Shown: positions 39,501 to 51,508 of the stretch, piece by piece
Numbering within the stretch: position 1 is the stretch's first letter
How the letters are laid out: every line of letters begins with the position of its first letter
From: Nageia nagi
Lineage: Eukaryota; Plantae; Pinophyta
NCBI GenBank assembly: GCA_050084985.1
Contig: JBITNC010000001.1
Location: 50,592,001-50,656,000, forward strand
Length of the DNA stretch: 64,000 bases
Direction of reading: 5' to 3'
Program-made: the position numbers and the translations under genes
The notes under the pieces: generated by a model
What the model was told of the DNA's origin: nothing
Database searches by the model: none
The model's input: only the letters and a program-made list of their open reading frames with translations

Positions 39501-41764
39501 CAAAGTTGCATGCAAAATTTTGGAAGTTTCATACAAGTACATGGGAGGAGGACAACTCTTTGATATTTCATGTGAAGGTAAATTTACTACAGCCATGGTT
39601 CCTTCAAATAAAATGCTGATTTTTCTCATGTGGATGCATGACAGAATGTGTAGAACACTCCCGACATGGAACATTACAGAGAAAGATACTTTTTCATGGT
39701 CATATGTGGTATCTTTCCATCTCTTTTTATGGCTTTCATTGGTATACACATTGTTGATTCTGTTTTCGTATTTGGAGTTGTTTTTTGGAGCCTTATATGT
39801 GGAAAGAATTGCACAAAATTCTCACTTGATGGCAACCTATGAATCTGATGAAGAAATCAGAAAAATTACAATAGGAAATGTGGACAATTGGTACACTTGT
39901 CACCTCACAATTCCACATGACATTCTCAGCTATTTAGACAGTTGGGATAGCCAGCAAAAAAGTATCATAATTGAAAGAATTCAAGGGATTATAGTTGCCT
40001 TGTTGATGAAGTTTTGGAATAGAAAAAAAGGGACCGATTCCACACTTTATTGGGACACTTGCACATACTTGGAACATGGTTTGAAAGACAAATGGGATGA
40101 ATGAGTTGCACTTCTTGTTGAACCTTGGCATACATTGGTTCATAATTTTGTCTTGATGATTTTTTATTTCATTTTGAGAATGTGTAACAGTTATAGATGG
40201 GAAACTAATCATTTCATTTTTAGATTGTTGGAGTTGGAAGACACTTTGAGCACTTCATGGGTCTTGAAGAAGCACTTAGGTAGTCTTGATTGCATTTTTT
40301 CTACTTTTATACAGTTCATAGCACTTGTGAAAACTCTTGAGCACACTTTGGAGCCCTTGTACATCTTCAATTCAGGTTTGATTTGGAGCACACTACATTG
40401 GAGGATTTCAAGTTGGTATTTGATTATTGACATGCATAAGATGGCATACAGTTTTGAGATTGCAGAAGTTACACAGGAAACTGATTTGATTTGTGTGTTT
40501 CTTTGGGCATGCACAAGGCAAGTTTTATATATACTTGTTGTCAAAACATTAGTACATCTTCCTTCATGTTTTGTACTCCACTTGCAAGACGTTTTGGACT
40601 GTTCTGATGACAAATGGCTTGGCTGCAATTCACATGAATATGGCTGTACATTGCATGATATTTGATGCAATAAGATTTGAGACTGCTACGCATGAGTTGA
40701 AAAATTGCATATGTGTTCATTTTATCAACTTAGGAAAAGTAAGATCAGAAAATTTCATATGTAAAGGTGCCTCAATCAGTTATAGAAGGAAAAAGAAGAT
40801 AAATTTGAACTTGAGAATCCACAGAAACATTCTAAACAGGTACAAGTTGAATTCTGATTTTTATGACAGCAGCGCACTATTTCTTTTTAGGCATGATTTG
40901 GATGAGCTTGTTGATAGGAAACTTGGTAAGTTTCAGAAATTGGTGTCTTGTGGTGATGCCAACCTCCACACATTTGGGAAGGTAACTTACTTTCATTTTG
41001 CCATGAATTTGAGTTATACACTTTTTGCATTGGCTGGTTTTGAAGGTGTATTCTCGGTTGTGGGAGCACATAGTCATATTTGTTTTGAGAGTGAACATGA
41101 AATTATGAAGACATATTCATCCATGGTATGCACATTCAATTCAAGGTTACTACAACAGCATGAGGCGCCATTGGAAAGGGCATGTCTATTGAGTGTTGTA
41201 AAGAAAAACATTCCTAATGAAGTTCTTAATGTTTGGCTTGGTTTAGAAGTCATATGGGAGGAAGTAAAATGGATGTATGGCTATGATAATACTGCTGTAC
41301 ATACAATTTTCAGTCTCTATTTTCTTGGTATGATTTATAGCTACATTTCATTTATGCATGGCACATTGATGGGAAACAATGAAAGCATGAGTGTAGATGA
41401 TTGTGAGTCAATTATGGCTATTGGAAAGAGAAAATTAGACCTGTTACTCTTACATTGCAGCCTCTTTCTCAAAACCCCAATCAGTATTATTGTTGGTTGG
41501 TTGATGCTCATGCATAGTACAAGTATAAGGGATGGAGAATCACTCAGTTTGGCTATGTTTTGGGAGTACAAACACCATGATTTTAATGCTGTTATCAGAA
41601 AATCAGCCTTGTTATGCATTCAAAATGGGCTTGGTAACAAAGAAACAATATGGGGTTTTGACACACATAAGTGTTTGAGACAGTTTGGGTACAGTATTAA
41701 TGAAATTGTGAACCATCCAACATTGCAATTGCTTGAGGACAAGCAAATTTGAGGAGGGTGGACT

Positions 41765-42504
41765 TGTAATGTACCAAAAATAAATATTTTTTGTAAATGT
41801 CTCCTACACTTAATTATAAAGGTGAAAAAGGAGTTCATGTGACTAGGAGACATAACTTAAGTTGTGTTTATTTATGTTTTATATTTTTATTTTGTAATAG
41901 GGCACTTTAAGTGATTTTAGGGTTGGGAGATGTCAACTCCAAATTAGAATATGAGCTTATAAAAGGAAGTAGGCATCCCATTTGAGTAAGCTTGTGGATC
42001 ATCTATTTTATTATTTTTGAGTGAAGGAGATTCCTTTCTCAACCCAAGTGTGCACGTGTTTATGCATATTTGGATCTCAAGGGTTGTGGGCCTTAGTCTT
42101 GGGGGTGTTTGTACTTGTACACCTAGAGCTAAAGGTAGCTATTGCTTGGGAGACTTTAAGAGTTGTGGGCCTCAATCTTGGGGATGCTTGCACATCTAGA
42201 GTTGGAGGTAGCGATTTCTTGGAGAGATCTTGAGGGTTGGAGGCCTTGCATGGGAGCCTAGCCTCATTCTGTTGCATCATTTTCAGATCTGGCCAATTTG
42301 TGGCATTTTTGTGAGCTTGGATCTGCATTTGTGGCACTTCAGCTATTGTATTGGTTTGACATCATTTTTTTTAATAAAATTCCTTGGCTGATTCTCTCCA
42401 TTATTTTGCATATTTTTCTGAGTTTTGACATTGTTCCTTGGCTGCAAGTTTATTTTTGTGTTTTGAGCATTCACTTGAGCAATAAAAATAAAAGGAACAT
42501 TACA
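41765..42504 (+). repeat. 3' LTR
   Basis: Preceded by the PPT, followed by TATAT. Confidence 0.95.
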
Positions 42505-42577
42505 TATATAAATGGTTGTCTCCTTATAAAACAAGTAATGTTTGTCTTCAAAGCTGCCCGTGATATCTTAATATTTT

Positions 42578-43660
42578 TCAAAACTCCAATTCTGCCTAGA
42601 ATCCTTGAGCAAAATTTTTCTGACTAGCTAGAATAATAGATCAAGACTTTCTATGTTTGAAAATAGCTTTCAATCCTGCAATTCTTATCTCTCAACCCTA
42701 GACGACTTAGTCTAGGAATGCAGATTTTCTTTAAAAAATGCCTTTTAACCTTGAAAAATTGCTTTTAAAATGCAAACCTCCTTGATCTATTAGATCCCCC
42801 AAAAATATTCAACACCCAGATGCTAGAAACTGAAGATCTGAATTTTTTGCAAAAACATTAACTCCAAATCTTTGAAAAATGTTAGATCTAACCACAGGTT
42901 GGCAAGATCCAAGCTCTGATACCACTTGTAATGTTCCTTTTATTTTTATTCCTCAAGTGAATGCTCAAAACACAAAAATAAACTTGCAGCCAAGGAACAA
43001 TGTCAAAACTCAGAAAAATATGCAAAATAATGGAGAGAATCAGCCAAGGAATTTTATTAAAAAAAATGATGTCAAACCAATACAATAGCTGAAGTGCCAC
43101 AAATGCAGATCCAAGCTCACAAAAATGCCACAAATTGGCCAGATCTGAAAATGATGCAACAGAATGAGGCTAGGCTCCCATGCAAGGCCTCCAACCCTCA
43201 AGATCTCTCCAAGAAATCGCTACCTCCAACTCTAGATGTGCAAGCACCCCAAGATTGAGGCCCACAACTCCTGAAGTCTCCCAAGCAATAGCTACCTTTA
43301 GCTCTAGGTGTACAAACACCCCCAAGACTAAGGCCCACAACCCTTGAGATCCAAATATGCATGAACACGTGCACACTTGGGTTGAGAAAGGAATCTCCTT
43401 CACTCAAAAATAATAAAATAGATGATCCACAAGCTTCCTCAAATGGGATGCCCACTTCCCTTTTATAAGCTCATATTCTAATTTGGAGTTGACATCTCCC
43501 AACCCTAAAATCACTTAAAGTGCCCTATTACAAAATAAAAATATAAAACATAAATAAACACAACTTAAGTTATGTCTCTTAGTCACATGAACTCCTTTTT
43601 CACTTTTATAATTAAGTGTAGGAGACATTTACAAAAAATATTTATTTTTGGTACATTACA
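42578..43660 (-). mobile_element. Inverted third copy: LTR (42927-43660) + PBS (42913-42924) + ~335 bp of leader
   Basis: Reverse complement of 36449-37530; outer flank reads TATAT on the minus strand. Confidence 0.93.
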
Positions 43661-44450
43661 ATATACTAATCATGAACCACTCAACTAACTCAGGGTTCAA
43701 AGCAGGCTACAACAGACCAATCACTTCAAGTAGATTAGTTTGTCCAACAATTTTAACTTGCTGATAAGGTACAAGAAAGGGAAAACCAATCAGTTGGCTA
43801 ACTTCTTGTCCTAGCCACCCATCAAGGTTGAATATGTTGTCTTGAGCTTGAAGTAAAAGGCACAATACAAAGGGGATGCTGATTTTGGAGAGAAGTTTTG
43901 AGAATTCAAAGAAAAGGGGTTCTGTCAGCCTTAGAGGAAGACTTCTGCGTGCACAATGGCTCAATGTTCAAGAATGGAAGTCATGTATACCAAGTGGGCC
44001 AGTCATCTCATTTTGAGCAGAAAAGTTCACTCTTCACAAGTTGCAGGGCCTTTTGGGGTCCAGAAGACAGGGACACACTTGCAGCATATGTTTACTGGCT
44101 GAACATACAGAATGATGCAGCCTGGTTCATTCAAGGTTGTTAAAGATGCAAGCTTGCTGTATCACCAGACCAAGCCATCTGAACTCAGGACTGCACACTT
44201 CCCTATCAATTCTAAACCAACCTTGGGAGAGCATTTCAAGGAACTTCATTGGTGGCTTGCTGACCATGAAGAGGGGAAATGATTAACTGTTTGTAGTTGA
44301 TCAGTTCAGCAAAATGACAATTTTTGTGACATTGAACAACACAATGTCAGCTCAAGCAGAAGCCAAACTGTTTTTCCTTCACACTAGGGTACACTCTGAG
44401 CTGCCAAGGAGCATCATCAACAACTTGGCCACTTGTGGACATTAATAAAA
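43661..44450 (+). pseudogene. pol: Old Ty3/gypsy pol remnant (RNase H - integrase)
   Basis: TNHEPL...FNLLIRYKKGKTNQLANFLS; PWESISRNFIGGL; FVVDQFSKM; AKLFF...LPRSII. Confidence 0.85.
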
Positions 44451-44637
44451 TTCCTTTTTCTTTCTTTCTCCTGGTAGCATACTAATGTTTAAGAATCTTT
44501 TCTGTCAACTGATTTGCAATTATGTGACCCATTTCTTCTGAAATGAAATATTAGATCACGATTTCAAAAACTAAAATACCATGCTTAGGCTTCTCATACA
44601 AATGAAATACAGGAGAGATACAGAATGTTAGTGTCAC

Positions 44638-44699
44638 CTGTATATCCTGAGCTTACACCGCAACAGTCTGAAAGGAAGAGTTCCTCCAACCAGGGTTGA
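44638..44699 (-). CDS. GC1: GUCD1/AtGC1-like protein, internal exon
   Basis: cag|T CAA...ACA G|gtgac; 62 nt; (S)QPWLEELFLSDCCGVSSGYT(G); phases fit both neighbouring exons. Confidence 0.9.
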
Positions 44700-46832
44700 C
44701 TGCATTACATTTCTTATTGTCAACATCCATATTATTTACTATAACAATAATTCAGAGAGTAAGATAACTGCCCTGCTGAAACAAAGTTTGGCCCCACAAC
44801 AGACAACATGGAGGGAAAAAATTAACTGAGTATAATAAAAATGGCATTTGAGTCAGTAAATTTAAGGTGGAACAGCTTACTGGCACTAAAATTAACTAAT
44901 GAGAGCACGTGTAGAGGCATCTAAGATTCAAAGTGCAAACAACTTCAATATACTACAGAAGAAAATCAAAAGACCATATGCGATGAATCTCAAAATTCTC
45001 ACTTATAAGCACTACTGACTGGTATTGGAGCATAGTTGCCATGTTTAAAGGAGAAAAACAATTGTAGAAACAAAAAAGGATAAAATTTCATTTGATCAAA
45101 TCAGATGACATGAAAATGACACAGAATTAAGACTTTAAGACATGCATGTTCATCACATAGTGAAAATGCCTTATATAAGTTTTACAAGTTGATTGTAAAA
45201 ATGAAGCTCAACAATTAAAATATTCTCCTGAAGCCAAGCAAGATAGTGCACCAGATTGGGTGGCTTTGAATTTTGGGTAATGGGATTAAAATAAATGTTA
45301 CCCAAAGCTTTAAGCTTAGATTTCTTTTTGGAGCATTGTACTTGTATCCATTGGTCAAATCATTTTCATGGCCAGTTTTGCTCCAAAAGTAAATAATCAG
45401 AAGTTATATCCTAGAAAAAGCATATATGGTCAAGATTCCTATTAATTTGATGCTTGAAAGAACTGCAACAGAAAAGAGCATAAGCTCACACAACCATAAA
45501 TTTCAGTGCACATATATAACACAATGCTTCTAGACACAGACCATTCCATAACTTTTCCAGTATAGTCACATAAGTTGGCCTCACGATTAACTCAAAACTG
45601 CGAACAGTAAGAGTTGACTTAGCACTTTGCAATGCAGAGTTGGAATGCAAAACTTCATCCTTAATATTTTATGACAATTACATAATTAGCCTGAATCTTG
45701 GTGATAAGTTCGCAATCTGCATAGAGTTGACTCAACTCAGGATGACTACCTGCTTCAAAAGAGTATAACGATCATGGACCTCAGAAACTTTAAGATTGAT
45801 TTAACACACTTGGAAAGAGTATTTTGACAATGGATTTTGGATATTTTAAGGTGGATTCCACAACACAAATTAGAAGAAAAACAGAATACACAAGATAATT
45901 ATGTTTGAATCTTCATGAAATATGGTATTTTAATTTCATCATATCGTGGTCTGGATAACATATACAAAACCTCCCAATCTACACATCATAATCACAGCCA
46001 TAAAACCAAGTTTTGTAAGCCAAACCAGTGACCTTGAAAATTAGCTCTTCCCTTTTTCAAGAATTCAGAAACCCATAAATAGATTCAATACCATACAGAA
46101 TCAAACCTCATAAAGCAATAATATTTAATGTGATGGATAGCTTATATCTGAGATATATAGAAACAGCAAAATCCCTTCAATGCACAGAGATCTTCCATTT
46201 TATTGTAAGATTTTGCCTAGTTCCCTTTAGCAGTCGTTTCTTGCAAGATCACAACTATACAAAAGATTGTTATAACCCAACATTTTGACACCAAGAACAC
46301 CTACTGTACACTGTCTTCCACCAACAATCTATTGGCTTTTAAGACTATATATCTAAAAGGTCAGAACCATCAATTGCTTGAACTGATATAGAACAAACTC
46401 TTAGCAAAATCATAAATGAGAAGAAACAGTCAACAAATGATCAAGAGAACTATTTAATAAAACATGAACCACGTAAGCAACATGTAAAATGATTCTAGTG
46501 CTCAGAAGCAAATATCATAAAAATATTTGAGATGATTCTTTGTAGCCCCATAGCAAGTTTTCATGCCTTTACTTTGACAAAAAGGCTAGTAAAAGCAATA
46601 TTCACCAATAGTCAAGCTCGGTTGCTACAGACAAGCTCCAGTGTCACAATAGCTATAAGAAAACAATAATCAATCATAGTTCTGAAACAGTATTGTTATT
46701 AAAAACAGAATTGAAGTTGGATCTCCTTTAAAGAAAGCACCAAATATCTATGTCAAAGGGTTCAAATATGCAGACACGGTCAGTATGAAATTAGAAAAAG
46801 AAATTTCAAAGTTGACAATAACAGGAAATTAC

Positions 46833-46921
46833 CTGAGCTTGTGCTTGTCAACTAATGCAATAGCAATATAATGCCCTGAAAGGATAAGCATAGAGAGTTC
46901 TTTACCACTGATTGATCTCCA
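46833..46921 (-). CDS. GC1: GUCD1/AtGC1-like (guanylyl cyclase domain-containing) protein, internal exon
   Basis: cag|TGG...CTC AG|gtaatt; 89 nt; WRSISGKELSMLILSGHYIAIALVDKHKLS matches the GC1/GUCD1 family; phase joins the exon at 44699. Confidence 0.93.
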
Positions 46922-48749
46922 CTGTACAGATTTAAGAGTGTCAGAGTAAACCAAACATTGAAACATTGCAGGCCATTACTGAAAAGAAATGCTAGATACT
47001 GTCGTGCCTAAAATCTATCTAATCATAGAATGAATCCAGCTAAACGGTAAAAAATGCAAATACTGCAAAACAAGGTAAGTGTTGTTAACGTTAAAACAAA
47101 GGCAGTTGCTTGCTGTTTGATATACAAATCAGCTACCGTTCATTTTTTCAAGAAGGGGGAAATCATTCAATTACCCTGAAGATTAAGTAACACAGCTCCA
47201 CATAAAAACCCTCCATTACATAAAAGAAACTTAAATGACTTTCTTACAAATAACAGAGGACAGCTTCACTCCAATCAAACGGATCGTACCAACTTTCAAG
47301 TTAAGAAAAAGAATACATAAAGAGAAAGCAACATCAAATCTAAAGCAATGGATAAGATACACAATATACAGAAAGTTACAGCAGCAAACTACATATGCAC
47401 AAGCCCAAGGGATCATGAGGTTACTTGAAAATTAATTTTCAGCGTTATTGTATCATATTATATAGTCCACATGTAATAGACAAAAAAGCAGTTTTTTTCC
47501 ATGGGGTAGATGAAAGGACATGAAAAAGGAATGGGGAGAGTTCTATTCTCCCAAAGAATAAGAAAGTAACTCCAGTATAAAATAGGTTCTTGATCTTTTG
47601 TAAATTTGTAATGTTTTTTACAGATTTATGTGTCCTATTATAAAATTCTAGTTGCAGTTTTTCACATTTCGGTGAAATCTTATAAGAAGATGGAAGACAT
47701 AATATCTTGGTTACTGCATCTCTACTCGGAAGAAAAAACATTCTACTTAGTCATAACCAACTACTTGAGATGAATAATTCTATAAACAACGTTTCTTTCT
47801 ATAATTGTCCCTCATATATATAGATATAATATTTTTTGATGTAAAATTATTAAATTTTTTTCCTTTTAAATGTTAAGCACATTGTATATGGCATGGTTAC
47901 TTATGCATCCAACCAGTTTTTTCTTCCAAATGTATCTACTATCTAACTGGAGGCTGGATAGGTCTTACACTGTGTCTCATGAAGAAGACATGGGAAATCC
48001 CACAGCCATGGGACAAAAGTGCGACCCACAGAATAACTTTCAGGATTTTGAAAAGGCTGGTCCCTTTGACTGAAAGAAAAAGATGAGAAGAAAAGAAATT
48101 ATTGCTTAATCATAACCAACTACTTTTTGAAGTGATTAAATCTATAAACATTGTTTCTTTCTATATTTTTTCGCCCATATATATAGAATGATTCTCTATA
48201 ACATCTATTAATTTGAATGTGTCGGAATTTTAATTTGTTGGAAAAGATCTGTTAGAGAGGGAGAATAAATCACGTCGCTTTGAAAAGATAACATTTATTT
48301 TTGAATTGGATCCAAGCTATCCTGCTTGTTTTTTCTATTGATTCGCACAAGGCCCAAGTGGAGGTTCTGATTGCTCCGGCTCTGCGTGTGAAGATGGAAT
48401 AGCAATGAATAGGAACGAAGTTTGTGATGGGCATCAGCATCGCATTTTCTTGAGACAGCATCCTTAGGGTTTTCGAATGTAAAATTTCGCCAAAAAGTCT
48501 TTTTCAACGAAGAGTTTAATGTAAATTTAAGTGGATGACAGCTTTTGAAGTGGAATTCGAGTGGTTCCGCTGTGAATTCTAGCTTGATTCGAGGAATTTT
48601 GGTGTCAGGATGTTGAAATAGGAATAATTTATAGACTTGAAGATCAGTTTTGAGAATGTGAGATTCTAAGATGTACATGGTCGGATCTTTGTAAAAAAGA
48701 CATTAGATGTTACTGTTTGTGCGAATTCGGCTATTTTAGGAAATTTTCA

Positions 48750-49908
48750 TGAGCGTGTAGTGGCTTGAAAGGAGAGGAGAAGAATATTGGCGAGTTCGTC
48801 ATGGCTATCTTGAAAGGAGAGGAGAAGAATATGTGCCTCGCAACTGACTACCACTCCCCCGCCGTGACTGATGTCCGCTGAGACTGATCTCCCACCCCGA
48901 GGGATTGTTCTCCACGCCCTCACATTCAAATTCTGTCCACTTTTTTGCAATTCAGTCTGTAATCTGCAATTTGATCTGTATTTTGCAATTCATTCTGTAG
49001 TCTGCAATTCGAGTCTTTGTAATTCATGTCTGTAATCTGCAATTCGCATCTGCAATTAATGTTTGTGTTTCACATCTGCAACCTTGTTGTAGGTGTGATT
49101 CCTTTGTTCTACTATGTGTGAATTTGCATATTTTGAAAATCAAAACCAGTAGAAAGTACAATAGACAATCAGATCACCATGACAGAAGTTTATTACCCGT
49201 CTAAGGTGGTGAATTACACTGCAGACGATTATTTCAGAGCCTTGAATTCTCCAGAACAAATCCGCTCTCGACCTTTGATTTGTGGCTTCCATCCCTTCCT
49301 TGTTCATAGCATTTGACTATCATATTGGAGAAAGCAAATGAGAAATTGATGGAACAGGTGTCCTACTCCTTACAGCCAATTTTGAACAACAGTCCCTCAT
49401 TGTTGCACCACAAGATCAATTAGAAGATCATGACAAAAGGATAAGAAGCTTAGATTCGTGCTCAACCTTAGCCTCTTCTCTGTCATCAAAAGTGGCAACA
49501 TTGCAATCAAAGATATCTTCCATGACAGTGGCTACACTCAGGAATGAGATGCACTCCAAAACCACTTCCTATGCTGACGCAGTTCGAGATTCTGAGGAAT
49601 CTGCCCCACTAATTGAAACAACAGTTAACGAAAAATTTGAAGAAGTAAAGCAACATCAACATAAAAGCCTTGATCTTCACATTAGAGACAATGCAAACTT
49701 TTATTCATGCCAAATTGAATCTACGAGAAATTTCTATTGCTCGCGCCTAGTTGGCAAAGGACTCATCCCTTCTTGTGAGATTCCGCTCAATTGAGCAAAG
49801 ACTTTCTAACCTTTGGGCCAAGAAGATCCTCCCTTCTTTGTCGGATCGCATCTTCATAGATGTATATCTCACACGATGCAAGCCCAAGAATTTGCCACAG
49901 CTAGGAAG
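48750..49908 (+). mobile_element. LINE 5' UTR and ORF1 5' part (from ~49179); 5' boundary approximate
   Basis: aatctgc repeats at 48945-49080; SYADAV and RIFIDVYLT ORF1 motifs; continues at 61536. Confidence 0.75.
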
Positions 49909-51508
49909 TGTTGGTATGTTTTTCTTTCCTAGTCCAAAACATGCACAGGACATGAGGAAACAACGTTACTTGTTTCCACCTGAAAGGACTGGTTACCCAA
50001 GCACTCACATGGAATATGGTCTTTAAGGTTCAGTAGTCAAAGATGCATGTTGTTAACCGTATACAAGGGAAATACAACGCCAAAGTTCCTTTCCTCAATA
50101 AGGAACGACTACAGATGTGAACGAAAGTGAAGAAAGATCACAAATGCAGGGGCAAACACAACGAAGTGCAAGGAATACAAGGAAAAGAAATGACTTATGA
50201 AGGTATCACCAGCGATGCAGTGTCTTGGTAGGTCATCTTCAAATTCATTAAGGTCAATGCACTCACTATCAAGCTAGGCAACAAATAACAAATATGCTCA
50301 AATCACTACAGACAAGAGCAGGAAGTTGTTGGGTCTTGGTGGAAGACTCGGTGGAAAGCGTTTATGTGAGGTGAGGGTGTGAGTGCAAGAACCTAACCGA
50401 ATGATATAAAGACAAGCTATAGGCCTCAAAATACATTCACTTGCATGCAAATCATGCAAAGAATTAACTCAAACCATCCAAATGAATGTTCAATATGCAA
50501 CTCAAGGAGAGAGAATCATTCAGATATGTATAATCCCACAAATGATATCCTTCACAATATAAACTTTATAATCTCATTCCTCAAAAGAAATACATCCATG
50601 ATGATATTAAATAACAAACATGCATAGAACCCCTTATGCAGCGAACCTCTATGCAATGGAATGCAAATACTAAAGGATGCAATGGCTCAAAATTATTACA
50701 TACATAAAAGCTTATAGCCAGAATCTCAAAGATATAAGAGCCTCAATATGCAATATTTCCATTAAGTGCAAGGGTCTTACATATGCAACAATGCATAAAA
50801 ATCATGCAATAGTCCAAGTGCAAAATTGCATATATCCTCCAATATAAATATCCTATACGCAAAGATTCAATACAAGAATCCCTAGTGTCAAAAATCCCCT
50901 TCTAAATGGCCCAAATGGGCTATAAATAGGCCACTAGAAGTGTTGCCCTAAAGGCATCAAATTTGATACGGTGTGCACACATGCAACATTCACACCAATA
51001 CAAAATCAGATTGTTCACACAAAACTATGAAAGTGGCATCTAAAAGCTGACAAAATATAAATGTCACCGTCAAAATGCATCTAATATACCCCTGATTTAT
51101 GTAAAAGTAAATCAGATATGCAATAAAAGTTTGACAAGTATGACATCTAAACCAACGGGAGCAAAACCTCATCCCTACACCGGTTAGAGCCATGAATGAG
51201 TCTGACAAATCTAATTTGACCGGAGCAAAACCTCATCCCTACACCAATCAAATCAAATGAAATAAAGTCTGACATAACCATCGTCAAGTATGCATTAAAC
51301 AAATGAAAAGATACTGCAGGCAGGACCTACGAGCGGATCAGACCTAGGCCAGATCTGATCTAATACTAGCAGAGTTCCACTCCTCGCCAGTAAGACCGTA
51401 CGACTCAATGGTCTCCTCCAAGAATGCCACAATCCTCCGCATGCCCCTGGAAATCATGCCGACGGTGCGCCAAAAATAGTCATCTATCTTCTTGGACGTA
51501 GCTTGCAT

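Larger units (their letters stand above)
36449..42504 (+). mobile_element. Young non-autonomous LTR retroelement carrying a PDS5-derived ORF
   Basis: LTRs 36449-37182 and 41765-42504 (~9 visible differences); PBS 37185-37196; PPT gaggagggtgga; pol-tail LQLLEDKQI; no gag/RT/RH/IN recognisable. Confidence 0.93.
4868..44637 (-). other. 39.8-kb GT-AG intron of the GC1-like gene, filled with nested TEs
   Basis: Flanking exons join in frame to give ...SGYT-G-HYVV..., contiguous in family members. Confidence 0.88.

Noticed and set aside
47746-48165. ~60-bp diverged direct repeat
   Set aside because: Short, AT-rich, no TE termini or other supporting structure
48270-48678. Minus-strand ORFs as the next GC1 exon
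   Set aside because: No similarity to the expected upstream GC1 segment
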